Assembly (NCBI GenBank): GCA_964349395.1
Contig: CAYGGA010000001.1
Span: 811 to 64,810 of the forward strand
Source of the DNA: an uncultured Gammaproteobacteria bacterium
Lineage (GTDB): Bacteria > Patescibacteriota > Microgenomatia > Woykebacterales > RBG-16-39-9b
Reading direction: 5' to 3'
Length of the DNA stretch: 64,000 nt
The notes under the pieces were generated by a model that was given only the letters and a program-made list of their open reading frames with translations, did not search any database and was not told where the DNA came from. Made by a program: the position numbers and the translations under genes. How positions within the stretch are numbered: the stretch's first letter is position 1; each line of letters opens with the position of its first letter. Positions 54,852 to 63,040 of this stretch are shown here, piece after piece.

Positions 54852-56084
54852 TTAGTTTGGTGACCCTTTTACTTTAGGAATGTTTTTGACCACATCGTAC
54901 TGGGGGTAGAAAGTACCATCTGGTTTTACCCATTCAAAATTACTAGCAATTTCCATTTTCCAGATAAAAGGGGCAATGGCCACAATTTGGGGGTGGGGTA
55001 GCCAGTGATTGCGGTAAGCGTCATCAAAATATTTGGCAGTGGTAGCGGCGGGTTTGTACTCCTTTTTAGGTTGATTCCCTTCTTTATGAGCCCAACCGGT
55101 TTCCGTGATGAAAATTGGCAAACCAGAAACACCATAGTTCCTTAGCAGGGACATTTCCCACTCATAATTTCTGATTTGATCTCGAGTTTGATAATGTGAG
55201 GGTGGATTGTAGTAATCACCACTAAACTCTGGTTGAGGATAAGGGTGAGTAGCCCAACCATCCAATCTCTTGAAAATTCCGGGAGCAGCATTATTCATCC
55301 TTTGCATGTAGACGTCTTGGGATAGGTATTGACTACCACTGCGGGCTGAACTATTAAAAGCTCCATTCATGATAAAAAATTGGGGGGAAGCAGCTTTAAA
55401 AGCGGTGATCGCATCACTTAGCGCCACTCCATATTCTTCGGGAGCAATCTTGTGTCCCCAGTATTTTTCGTCATTAGTTTCATTAAAAATGGTGATGTAT
55501 CTAGAATTGGCAGGCCACTCCAGAGTGCCTAGGAAATTGGCAATCCCTGGCCAATCAAAAGATCCGGGTGCAAAATTGTGGGCACTGAGTTGGATAATTG
55601 GGATTAAATGATGTTCTTTCAAAGTGGTAAAGAAAGGCTGGAGCTGCTCGGGGCTGCGATCAGTTATAAAAACTGGAATCAAGACATAACCCCAGTCACC
55701 GCCATTGGAATTTATTAGTTTAGCTACTTCTGGTACCTGGCCCACATTGGGTAGCATATACATTCCAAATTTGTTATTAGCTCGACCAGTTCCTGGGAAA
55801 GTACCAGTATTGGTGACTTTGGCAGCGGGGGGCGGGGCTACTTTTTTGGGGCCTGCGGGCGCAGCTGGTCCCACCACTTTACTAGTTGGGGTAGCTTCTT
55901 CACCTACCAATGCTGCTGATGCACTAGCTCCTTCAGACTCCGATGCTAGTAGAAATCCAAAACTTTGATGCGGAAGGGGAGAGACAAAACTCGGCCCACC
56001 AAACACTTGGAAATAAGTCATCAGGAAGAGAAAAGTAAAAGTCAAAAAAGGTACCAACAAAGTTGGCCTGGGCAGTTTTTTCAT
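54852..56084 (-). CDS. Secreted/anchored glycoside hydrolase (TIM-barrel, clan GH-A-like)
   Basis: N-terminal TM/signal; Pro/Ala-rich linker (PAAPAGPKKVAPPPAAKV). NETN (acid/base-like) and ITETGW (nucleophile-like) motifs typical of GH5/GH26/GH39-type enzymes. Confidence 0.45.
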   Translation of the reverse strand: MKKLPRPTLLVPFLTFTFLFLMTYFQVFGGPSFVSPLPHQSFGFLLASESEGASASAALVGEEATPTSKVVGPAAPAGPKKVAPPPAAKVTNTGTFPGTGRANNKFGMYMLPNVGQVPEVAKLINSNGGDWGYVLIPVFITDRSPEQLQPFFTTLKEHHLIPIIQLSAHNFAPGSFDWPGIANFLGTLEWPANSRYITIFNETNDEKYWGHKIAPEEYGVALSDAITAFKAASPQFFIMNGAFNSSARSGSQYLSQDVYMQRMNNAAPGIFKRLDGWATHPYPQPEFSGDYYNPPSHYQTRDQIRNYEWEMSLLRNYGVSGLPIFITETGWAHKEGNQPKKEYKPAATTAKYFDDAYRNHWLPHPQIVAIAPFIWKMEIASNFEWVKPDGTFYPQYDVVKNIPKVKGSPN

Positions 56085-56174
56085 CTAAGTTTAGTATAGT
56101 TTATGGCTAAAAATTAGGCAAGAAAAAGGACGGCCAAAGATATTGGTCGTCCGGTTGATCTCTCGGATCGTGTC

Positions 56175-56363
56175 TCAGTCAGCTGATGGCAGCACTTGTG
56201 GGGTGATGATTTGCATGGTTTCTCCGTTATAGACAGGGATGCAGTTCCCAGGCTTGATCACCAGTACCTCGACTCGTGGTGTCATGATTGGTTCCCCGGC
56301 TGCATTTTTGGTACCTGTGTCCATGTAATCAGCTCCGTATCTCTTACCCAATTGCACAGCCAT
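56175..56363 (-). CDS. Hypothetical small protein
   Basis: 62-aa ORF with no recognisable motif. Confidence 0.25.
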   Translation of the reverse strand: MAVQLGKRYGADYMDTGTKNAAGEPIMTPRVEVLVIKPGNCIPVYNGETMQIITPQVLPSAD

Positions 56364-56473
56364 GACCTTACTCCTACTTCGAATTATCCCAAGAATAGTC
56401 TAAATTTTATAAAAACACAAGTGTAGTTGGGTAAAATGACCGTTAAAGTTGTCTTGAAGGCCGCCCATCTTCC

Positions 56474-56502
56474 TTGACAAGTAGTCCTATAATTGTTACA
56501 AT
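56474..56502 (+). promoter_or_regulatory. Sigma70-like promoter TTGACA-17-TACAAT
   Basis: Consensus -35 hexamer, 17-nt spacer, good -10; about 30 nt upstream of the ORF at 56532. Confidence 0.5.
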
Positions 56503-56531
56503 TCGCTTAGAAATTCTGGGAAGGAAGAGAC

Positions 56532-57101
56532 ATGGGAAAATTCATTTGCGAAGAAGGCGAATTCAAGTGCTCTATTTGTGGCACTATCTATCCTTTTTCG
56601 GACTTGAGAGATGTCTGCGAAGGACGTGCTTGGTACCTTGATGGCCCTTCAAAAAGCTTGGTTTTGGATAACCTGAAGGCCGAGGTTGGTGAAAGGGTCA
56701 TCCGGACTCAGTATCACGGTGATGACTACGCTCAAGCACCCCAAAAAGCCGGTATTTTCCTTACCTGGGAATGGGTGGTGGTACGGAAAAAGCGTGTGGT
56801 TCCTGCTTTGTTTGGTGCCGGCGAGTTTTTGCAAAAAGGGCACCATTACCATCATGAAGCCCAATATTGGATTGGTGAACCTGATGCTGTTGCTCATATC
56901 GTTGGAGATACGTGGGAAGAGCCCGCCTCAGGAGCCATCATCGGAGGAGCAATCGGACCTTATCACTTTTGGTCACAAAGATTTGTAGAGGACAATCTTC
57001 AGGAGCAGTGGCCAGACTATGTCTTTGGGATGTGTGTAGGGGAGAGGACAGAGGAACTGCTTCAGGCCAAGAAGGCAGAAGGTTACGCAGTCTTTGTTTG
57101 A
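56532..57101 (+). CDS. Hypothetical protein with an N-terminal Cys cluster (CxxC...CxxC-like) and a His-rich segment
   Basis: 189 aa; CEEGEFKCSICG and GHHYHHE segments. Visibly G+C-richer than flanks, with long overlapping ORFs in other frames consistent with that composition. Confidence 0.35.
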   Translation: MGKFICEEGEFKCSICGTIYPFSDLRDVCEGRAWYLDGPSKSLVLDNLKAEVGERVIRTQYHGDDYAQAPQKAGIFLTWEWVVVRKKRVVPALFGAGEFLQKGHHYHHEAQYWIGEPDAVAHIVGDTWEEPASGAIIGGAIGPYHFWSQRFVEDNLQEQWPDYVFGMCVGERTEELLQAKKAEGYAVFV

Positions 57102-57202
57102 GAAGATTCAAGGTAAAGCCCCAGCTTTGCAGAAATGCACTGTCTGGGGCTATATTTTTTGGTTAGGTTGTCTTGGAGGCGATTTTTTGATAAAATGCTT
57201 GC

Positions 57203-57277
57203 GGGCGCGTAGCTCAACGGCAGAGTAGGGGCCTTTTAAGCCTTTGGTTGTGGGTTCGAATCCCACCGCGCTCACCA
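57203..57277 (+). tRNA. tRNA-Lys (anticodon TTT), CCA encoded
   Basis: Cloverleaf by hand: GGGCGCG-TA-GCTC-AACGGCA-GAGT-A-GGGGC-CTTTTAA-GCCTT-TGGTT-GTGGG-TTCGAAT-CCCAC-CGCGCTC-A-CCA. Confidence 0.8.
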
Positions 57278-57314
57278 GAAATACACCTTTTTAAAACAAT
57301 CAGCCCCTTGCTGG

Positions 57315-57758
57315 TTGACTGATCAATCAATTAAACTATACAATGGTACTATCATGATGATTGAAATTGAGAGAAGCGGCTGGGAGAATTTGTTAAACAT
57401 CGTCAATTACCTTTGCGCCGGGAAGCAAGTGAGATTGAGTTTGGTAGATCATGGCCAAGAAACCACTTTAGCTCAAGCAGACTATTTTCATGGAATTGAA
57501 CCCTATTTACAAAGTACTTTTAACCCACTTTTAGCAGTAGTACTAGCAAAAGAAAATCAAGTTAGTCTAGGGTATTTTCTCAAACAGCCAAGCAAGATTA
57601 CTATTGAGGAAGAGGACTCTCGAGAGATAAAAAAAATCTTTATTGATGCCGGGGAAAATAAACGAGCTGTGATTGATTTTCTCCAAGTGGGCCAGACAAG
57701 TAAACCTAAAGAAGTGGTCTACCACCACACTATAAGTAGAAAAAAATCCACTCCTTAA
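57315..57758 (+). CDS. Hypothetical protein
   Basis: 147-aa ORF directly downstream of tRNA-Lys; no recognisable motif. Confidence 0.3.
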   Translation: MTDQSIKLYNGTIMMIEIERSGWENLLNIVNYLCAGKQVRLSLVDHGQETTLAQADYFHGIEPYLQSTFNPLLAVVLAKENQVSLGYFLKQPSKITIEEEDSREIKKIFIDAGENKRAVIDFLQVGQTSKPKEVVYHHTISRKKSTP

Positions 57759-57837
57759 CTCCTCCTTGACACCAGGAGTCAGTCCTGGTAGATTAAGTAT
57801 GTTCTCTGTCTAATCCTAGCGCAAGGAGGTGATAATC

Positions 57838-58038
57838 ATGGCATTCACTTACGATAGTAAGAAATCTGGACGAACATACATTCTTCACTCACAAGACGTA
57901 ACTTTGAAAAACGGTCGTAAACAGACCATCTACTTCTTTGCTCCTGATCAAAGATCTGGTGCATTGGACGCAGTTCCAAGTGGTTTTATCGTTAACGAAA
58001 ACCCAAGAACTGGTCTCCCTTTCTTGAAAAGGGGTTAA
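57838..58038 (+). CDS. Hypothetical small protein
   Basis: AGGAGGT RBS 7 nt upstream of the ATG at 57838; 66 aa. Confidence 0.3.
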   Translation: MAFTYDSKKSGRTYILHSQDVTLKNGRKQTIYFFAPDQRSGALDAVPSGFIVNENPRTGLPFLKRG

Positions 58039-58071
58039 CTTTGTTCCAACCTGCCCACTACTTTCTAAAAC

Positions 58072-60363
58072 TTACCTCTTTTTAACCAGTGCAGCCTCTG
58101 CTTTGGCAATCATCTCCCTTGTAGAATCGATGACGTCCGGAGAGACTGAAATTGATGTGACTCCCCATTCTACTAACAGGTGAGTAAGCTGCGGATAAAG
58201 TGAAGGGGCCTGGCCACAAATCGAGGCCATGAGACCTCTTTTTCGAGTCGCGGTTATCAAAATCTCCAAAGCTTTCAATACCGCCGGATTGAGCTCGGAA
58301 AACTCACTGGCCACAGTTTGGTTGTCCCTGTCTACTCCCAAAGTCAACATGGTTAAATCATTGGATCCGATCGAGATGCCATCAATGCCTACATCCAGAA
58401 ACTCGTCAATAAGAAAGACATTGGCGGGAATCTCCGCCATCATAAAAAGTTTAAACGTATTGCTACGATGTAACCCTGCAGTCGTGACCAATTTTTTCAC
58501 TTGCTTGAGTTCGTCCACATTGCGGACAAAAGGGATCATCAACCAGAGATTAGTGTGACCATATTTATTTCTGACTCTTTTGATGGCCTCAAGTTCCATT
58601 TCAAACACCTGGGGGTCGGAGACGTAGCGGTACGCTCCTCTGAAGCCAAGCATTGGGTTACTTTCTTCCGGCTCAAATCTGGCTCCGCCAATCAAATTGC
58701 GGTACTCATTGGTTTTAAAATCAGTTGCCCGATAAATAACTGGTCTGTCTCCAAAGGCTTCACCAAAAGTTTTCAGTCCAGTGGCCAATTTATCAATAAA
58801 GAATGCTTGTTTTTTCTCCTGGATGAGTTTTCGGGGATGAATACCAATCTCCGCGATCATAAATTCTGCCCTCAAAAGACCAACCCCATCTACGTGTCTG
58901 GCAGCGACCTGCATCGCTAATTCTGGTTCGCCCAGATTGACATAGACTTTGGTTGCGGTTTTGATCTCTACCCCTGTTTGAGGCTGCTCCTCTTTGTTCA
59001 GAAGCTGCAAATTCAAACTAGTGGACAAGCCACCTTGGTAGATTTTACCATTGGCACCGTCCACAGTAATTACTTGGCCAGTTTTTAAGTGTTTGGTGGC
59101 ACTGAGTGTCCCCACGACAGCTGGAATCCCTAGTTCACGTGAGACAATAGCGGCATGGGAGGTCTTGCCTCCTTTATCAGTCACGATCGCGGAGGCTTTT
59201 TTCATCGCGGGGACAAAGTCCGGATTGGTCATTTCCGTGACCAAAATCTCTCCTGGCACTAATTTATCAATCTCAGTTGCATTTTTTAAGATCCGAACAC
59301 TCCCAGTCCCAATACCTGGAGAAGCCGATGCTCCGGAGAGAATCAACTTAAGATTTTTCAAAGAGGAAGAGCCATCTTTTATTTGGTTACCAGATTTGGG
59401 GATTGTAGTAACTGGCCTTGTTTGGACGATATAGAGCTTGCCTGAATTCTCCGCCCACTCTAAATCTTGGGGAAAAAGATAATGGTTTTCAATTCTTTTG
59501 CCAATGCCAGCTAGTTCTTCAATCAACTTATCACTTAATTTTTGCTTGGATTGATAGGCGGGGGCGACTCTAACTTCGTGAGTATCGTCTTTAGTTTTGA
59601 TCAGCTGTAGCATCTGTTTACCAATCTCTTTTTTCTCAATTTTCAAATCTTTCTTGGAAACTTCATAATGATCAGGGGTTACTTTTCCTTGGACGATCAT
59701 TTCGCCCAGTCCCCAGACTGATTCTATAATCACCTTACTTTTATCATTGGTGATGGGGTCAATCGTAAACATCACACCGGAAACTTCGGACTCAACCATC
59801 TCCTGGACTACGACGGCGATACCGACGCGGAAATGATCAAATTTTTTCTCAGCCCGGTAAAAAATTGCCCGAGCCTCAAAAAGTGATGCCCAACATTCCT
59901 GAACTGATCTAATTAACTCTTTATCTCCAGCAATATTTAAAAAAGTTGCCTGCTGGCCAGCAAAAGAAGCTCCAGGTAAATCTTCAGCCGTGGCCGAGGA
60001 ACGCACCGCGACTAGGAGTTTATTGGTAGGGGAGAGTTTGAGGTAAGAAGTTCTGATCTCTTCTTCAAGACTTTTACTCATTTTCTCTTTCAAAATTACA
60101 TGCTTGATCATCTTGCTAGTTTGCTCTAGCTGGGCATGGTTGCCAGTATCAACATGGCGCAAGAAATTATTTATCTTTGTTCGCAAATTTGCTTCCTCAA
60201 TAAATTGGAAATACGCTTGAGAGGTAACTACAAACCCATCTGGTACTGGAGCCTTAATCTTAAAAAGTTCCCCTAAGTTGGCACCTTTGCCCCCGACAAT
60301 ATCAATGTCGTTTTTATCAATACTGCTAAACGGGAGAATTCTTTTTGCCATTTTTACCTCCAA
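58072..60363 (-). CDS. ppsA: Phosphoenolpyruvate synthase (pyruvate, water dikinase)
   Basis: N-terminal ATP-grasp (VGGKGANLGEL); phosphohistidine mobile domain GGKTSHAAIVSRELGIPAVVG; C-terminal PEP-utilising TIM barrel. Confidence 0.8.
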   Translation of the reverse strand: MEVKMAKRILPFSSIDKNDIDIVGGKGANLGELFKIKAPVPDGFVVTSQAYFQFIEEANLRTKINNFLRHVDTGNHAQLEQTSKMIKHVILKEKMSKSLEEEIRTSYLKLSPTNKLLVAVRSSATAEDLPGASFAGQQATFLNIAGDKELIRSVQECWASLFEARAIFYRAEKKFDHFRVGIAVVVQEMVESEVSGVMFTIDPITNDKSKVIIESVWGLGEMIVQGKVTPDHYEVSKKDLKIEKKEIGKQMLQLIKTKDDTHEVRVAPAYQSKQKLSDKLIEELAGIGKRIENHYLFPQDLEWAENSGKLYIVQTRPVTTIPKSGNQIKDGSSSLKNLKLILSGASASPGIGTGSVRILKNATEIDKLVPGEILVTEMTNPDFVPAMKKASAIVTDKGGKTSHAAIVSRELGIPAVVGTLSATKHLKTGQVITVDGANGKIYQGGLSTSLNLQLLNKEEQPQTGVEIKTATKVYVNLGEPELAMQVAARHVDGVGLLRAEFMIAEIGIHPRKLIQEKKQAFFIDKLATGLKTFGEAFGDRPVIYRATDFKTNEYRNLIGGARFEPEESNPMLGFRGAYRYVSDPQVFEMELEAIKRVRNKYGHTNLWLMIPFVRNVDELKQVKKLVTTAGLHRSNTFKLFMMAEIPANVFLIDEFLDVGIDGISIGSNDLTMLTLGVDRDNQTVASEFSELNPAVLKALEILITATRKRGLMASICGQAPSLYPQLTHLLVEWGVTSISVSPDVIDSTREMIAKAEAALVKKR

Positions 60364-60715
60364 TTACCATTGCCCAAAAAACTAAACCCCAGCCGGTAAT
60401 ATATAGTCCGATTGGGATCAATACGGACAGAAAGATATCTAAGTATTTTTGGGTTCGGACGTGCACGTTTGGATCTGGGGCTACTGCTTGCAAAGTCTGC
60501 TCACGCAGAGGGGCAATAATATGTTTTTCGTACTCATAGGTAAAAGCAAGAATAGCGAAACCAAATAAAAGTAAGACGTGAAAACGGGAAGGCCTTTTAA
60601 AAACTAAAAAGGCCGCCAAAATCGCTGCAAGGGCATAGGCAATGACGATTTTGTTATGGTCAAAAGTGGAGTAAATAGTGGCTAGTAGACTACCAGTAAG
60701 TTCGGGTGAAGGCAT
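60326..60715 (-). CDS. Small membrane protein (about 4 TM)
   Basis: 129 aa, mostly hydrophobic helices. Confidence 0.3.
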   Translation of the reverse strand: MPSPELTGSLLATIYSTFDHNKIVIAYALAAILAAFLVFKRPSRFHVLLLFGFAILAFTYEYEKHIIAPLREQTLQAVAPDPNVHVRTQKYLDIFLSVLIPIGLYITGWGLVFWAMVIGGKNGKKNSPV

Positions 60716-60793
60716 TAGTTCAATCTTACTAAGAATTTAACCAGAAGAAAAGCCCCGAGTGCTTTGGGGCTTTTCTTGTTTCTTAGTTGTTGC

Positions 60794-61477
60794 TTATCTT
60801 TTGCGTGAAACCTCTTCCTGAACTTTTTTGATTGCCGTAGCGGCGCTGTCACGTCCACCAAGTCCGAAGGCTAAACCTCCAGCCAAGGCAACCATGGCGA
60901 CAACACCGGTAAAGAGAATCTGAATAAGGCCTGGAGCAATACCAAGTTGGGTGAGAGCCGCTAGAAGGGCGAAGATAAGAATTGCCCATCTTGCAATTTG
61001 TGCGACGACACTAGCTGCGGAAGTACCTAAGCTAATTGACGCGGCGAGAACAAAATCGTGCGCAAAATTAGCAAACAGCACTCCAATCGTAACGACAATT
61101 ACGGCTACAACCACATTTGGCAAGTACATCAGCAGAGAAGAGATCAGACCACTCACTTGGCGTAACCCTAGCGTATCGACGGCGGGAACTAGGAAAACTA
61201 AAATTACAAACCACTTGAGAAGTTCACCAAGTACTTGGGAGAAGGTCAAAGTCGGGTCGGCGCGCTTCAGTGCGGTAGAGACGGCAGTTCCCTGAATAGC
61301 ACGTTCTACGCCAAGAGCTTGAAGAGCACGAACAAGAGCATTCTTCAAAATCACAGCGATGACTACACCAATGACAAAAACCACAATCGCTGCGATCAAG
61401 TTAGGTAAAAACAAAGCGGTTTCTCTTAGAGCTTCAGAGACTGCGCTGACAACTGCGTTTGAGACATCCTGTACCAT
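60794..61477 (-). CDS. Membrane protein with conserved TM-helix repeats (MscS-associated type)
   Basis: Repeated Ala/Val/Leu/Gly-rich helices; visibly G+C-richer than neighbours. Confidence 0.35.
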   Translation of the reverse strand: MVQDVSNAVVSAVSEALRETALFLPNLIAAIVVFVIGVVIAVILKNALVRALQALGVERAIQGTAVSTALKRADPTLTFSQVLGELLKWFVILVFLVPAVDTLGLRQVSGLISSLLMYLPNVVVAVIVVTIGVLFANFAHDFVLAASISLGTSAASVVAQIARWAILIFALLAALTQLGIAPGLIQILFTGVVAMVALAGGLAFGLGGRDSAATAIKKVQEEVSRKR

Positions 61478-61573
61478 ATATTAGTTCACCCCCCTTCAAT
61501 GATGTAACCTAACTGTAGTATGGGTCCACCCCGTTGTCAAGGAAGATAGGAGAAAATTGATTGTTAGATCAAT

Positions 61574-62749
61574 CTACAGCGTCTCAACACCAGAAGTGAG
61601 GGGTGAAACCACCGCTTTCTTAGTTGCTGCAGGGCTAGTTTGCTCCCATGGAAAATCGCCTCTTCCAAAATGTCCGTAGCGGGCGGTTTCTTGATAGATT
61701 GGCCGACGCAGATTTAGACCATCAATGATGCCCTTGACTGACAGATCCAGCAAAGAGAAAGTAAAGTCGTTTAGCTCTTTCTCCGTGGCAACTGATGTTC
61801 CAAAGGTGTCGATAGAGACAGCGATGGGTTCTTTTACTCCGATGACGTAAGCTACCTGCACTTCGGCTCGTTTCGCTAAACCAGAAGCGACGATATTTTT
61901 AGCCAAATACCTTGTCGCGTAAGCACCTGACCTGTCCACTTTAGTTGGATCCTTGCCTGAAAAAGCTCCGCCTCCGACTCGTCCCATACCACCATAACCA
62001 TCAACGATAATTTTTCTACCCGTGACCCCTGTGTCCGCGGCTGGTCCACCAATGTGCCACACTCCTGTGCCGTTTACAATGAGCGCCTCTTTTGGGTAAG
62101 AAAATTGTGCTTCTTCCAAAATTGGGGAAACAACGTACTCGTAAATATCATTTTTTACTTCTCTTTCAGAAATATTCTCGTGGTGAGGTACGGCGATGAT
62201 GACGCGCTCCACCTCTTTAGGAACGCCATTCTCATATCTGATCGTCACTTCAGTCTTACCGTCTGGGCGCAAATAAGGGACGATTTTTTGTTCGCGGACT
62301 TGGTCGATCTTTTCCGCCAGGCGGTGGGAGAGAATCATGGGTAAAGGCATAAATTCTGGTGTCTCATCCGTCGCATAGCCAAACATCATTCCTTGATCAC
62401 CAGCTCCACCCGTGTCTACTCCTTGAGCGATTTCGGGGGATTGCTCATGAATCAAAAGGGTTACCTTACTACCACTGTGAAATCCCCACGCTGGTTCGGT
62501 GTAACCCAACTCGGCAATTTTTTCGCGCGCAATTTTTTCAAAATCTAATTTAGCTTTGGTGGTAAGTTCCCCAGCCAAGATAATATTGTTTGTCGTTACC
62601 AGTGTTTCCACTGCCACGCGGCTATATGGATCTTGCGCTAAGGCGTGGTCGACGACGCTGTCTGAGACTTGATCACAGACTTTGTCCGGATGGCCAGCAC
62701 ATACTGATTCTGAGGTAAACAGATTGTAGTTCATATTGCTCCTTTTCAA
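61574..62749 (-). CDS. metK: S-adenosylmethionine synthetase
   Basis: GHPDKVCDQVSD, GAGDQG and GGGAFSGKD motifs. Confidence 0.9.
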   Translation of the reverse strand: MKRSNMNYNLFTSESVCAGHPDKVCDQVSDSVVDHALAQDPYSRVAVETLVTTNNIILAGELTTKAKLDFEKIAREKIAELGYTEPAWGFHSGSKVTLLIHEQSPEIAQGVDTGGAGDQGMMFGYATDETPEFMPLPMILSHRLAEKIDQVREQKIVPYLRPDGKTEVTIRYENGVPKEVERVIIAVPHHENISEREVKNDIYEYVVSPILEEAQFSYPKEALIVNGTGVWHIGGPAADTGVTGRKIIVDGYGGMGRVGGGAFSGKDPTKVDRSGAYATRYLAKNIVASGLAKRAEVQVAYVIGVKEPIAVSIDTFGTSVATEKELNDFTFSLLDLSVKGIIDGLNLRRPIYQETARYGHFGRGDFPWEQTSPAATKKAVVSPLTSGVETL

Positions 62750-62755
62750 ATAGTT

Positions 62756-62786
62756 ATTAAAAAACCCTCCAGTTAGAGGGTTTGAG
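62756..62786 (-). promoter_or_regulatory. Stable hairpin (aaccctc/gagggtt) plus T-run on the minus strand just upstream of the metK start
   Basis: Terminator-like structure within the 5' leader of metK; possible attenuator or riboswitch expression platform. Confidence 0.35.
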
Positions 62787-63040
62787 ACTTTGCCACTATG
62801 GCCTAATCAGCACCCTAAAAGAGTGTCTAGTTTTCCACCCGACGGTCTCGGGTTGGCATGGATCAACAGGTCTAGGGCCTTCACCAACTCAGGATTGGAT
62901 ATTTAATTAATTAATATCAAACCAAACTATTGGGGAGTTGTCAACTAACCTTACAAACAAGCAAAATTGGCTGTTAGGATAAGAAATATGACCAAAGTAG
63001 CCTCTTGCCTAACTCGGAAAGATTAGTTAAAATCATCAGT

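Noticed and set aside
58229-59434. Plus-strand ORFs (109, 139 and 127 aa) antisense to ppsA
   Set aside because: The ppsA reading frame is uninterrupted and motif-rich; these are shadow ORFs.
60951-61295. 114-aa plus-strand ORF antisense to the TM-helix protein gene
   Set aside because: A product of the G+C-rich composition of that gene. No start context.
62786-62900. SAM-I riboswitch call upstream of metK
   Set aside because: The conserved SAM-I core could not be recognised by eye, so only a generic structured-leader or attenuator finding is reported.
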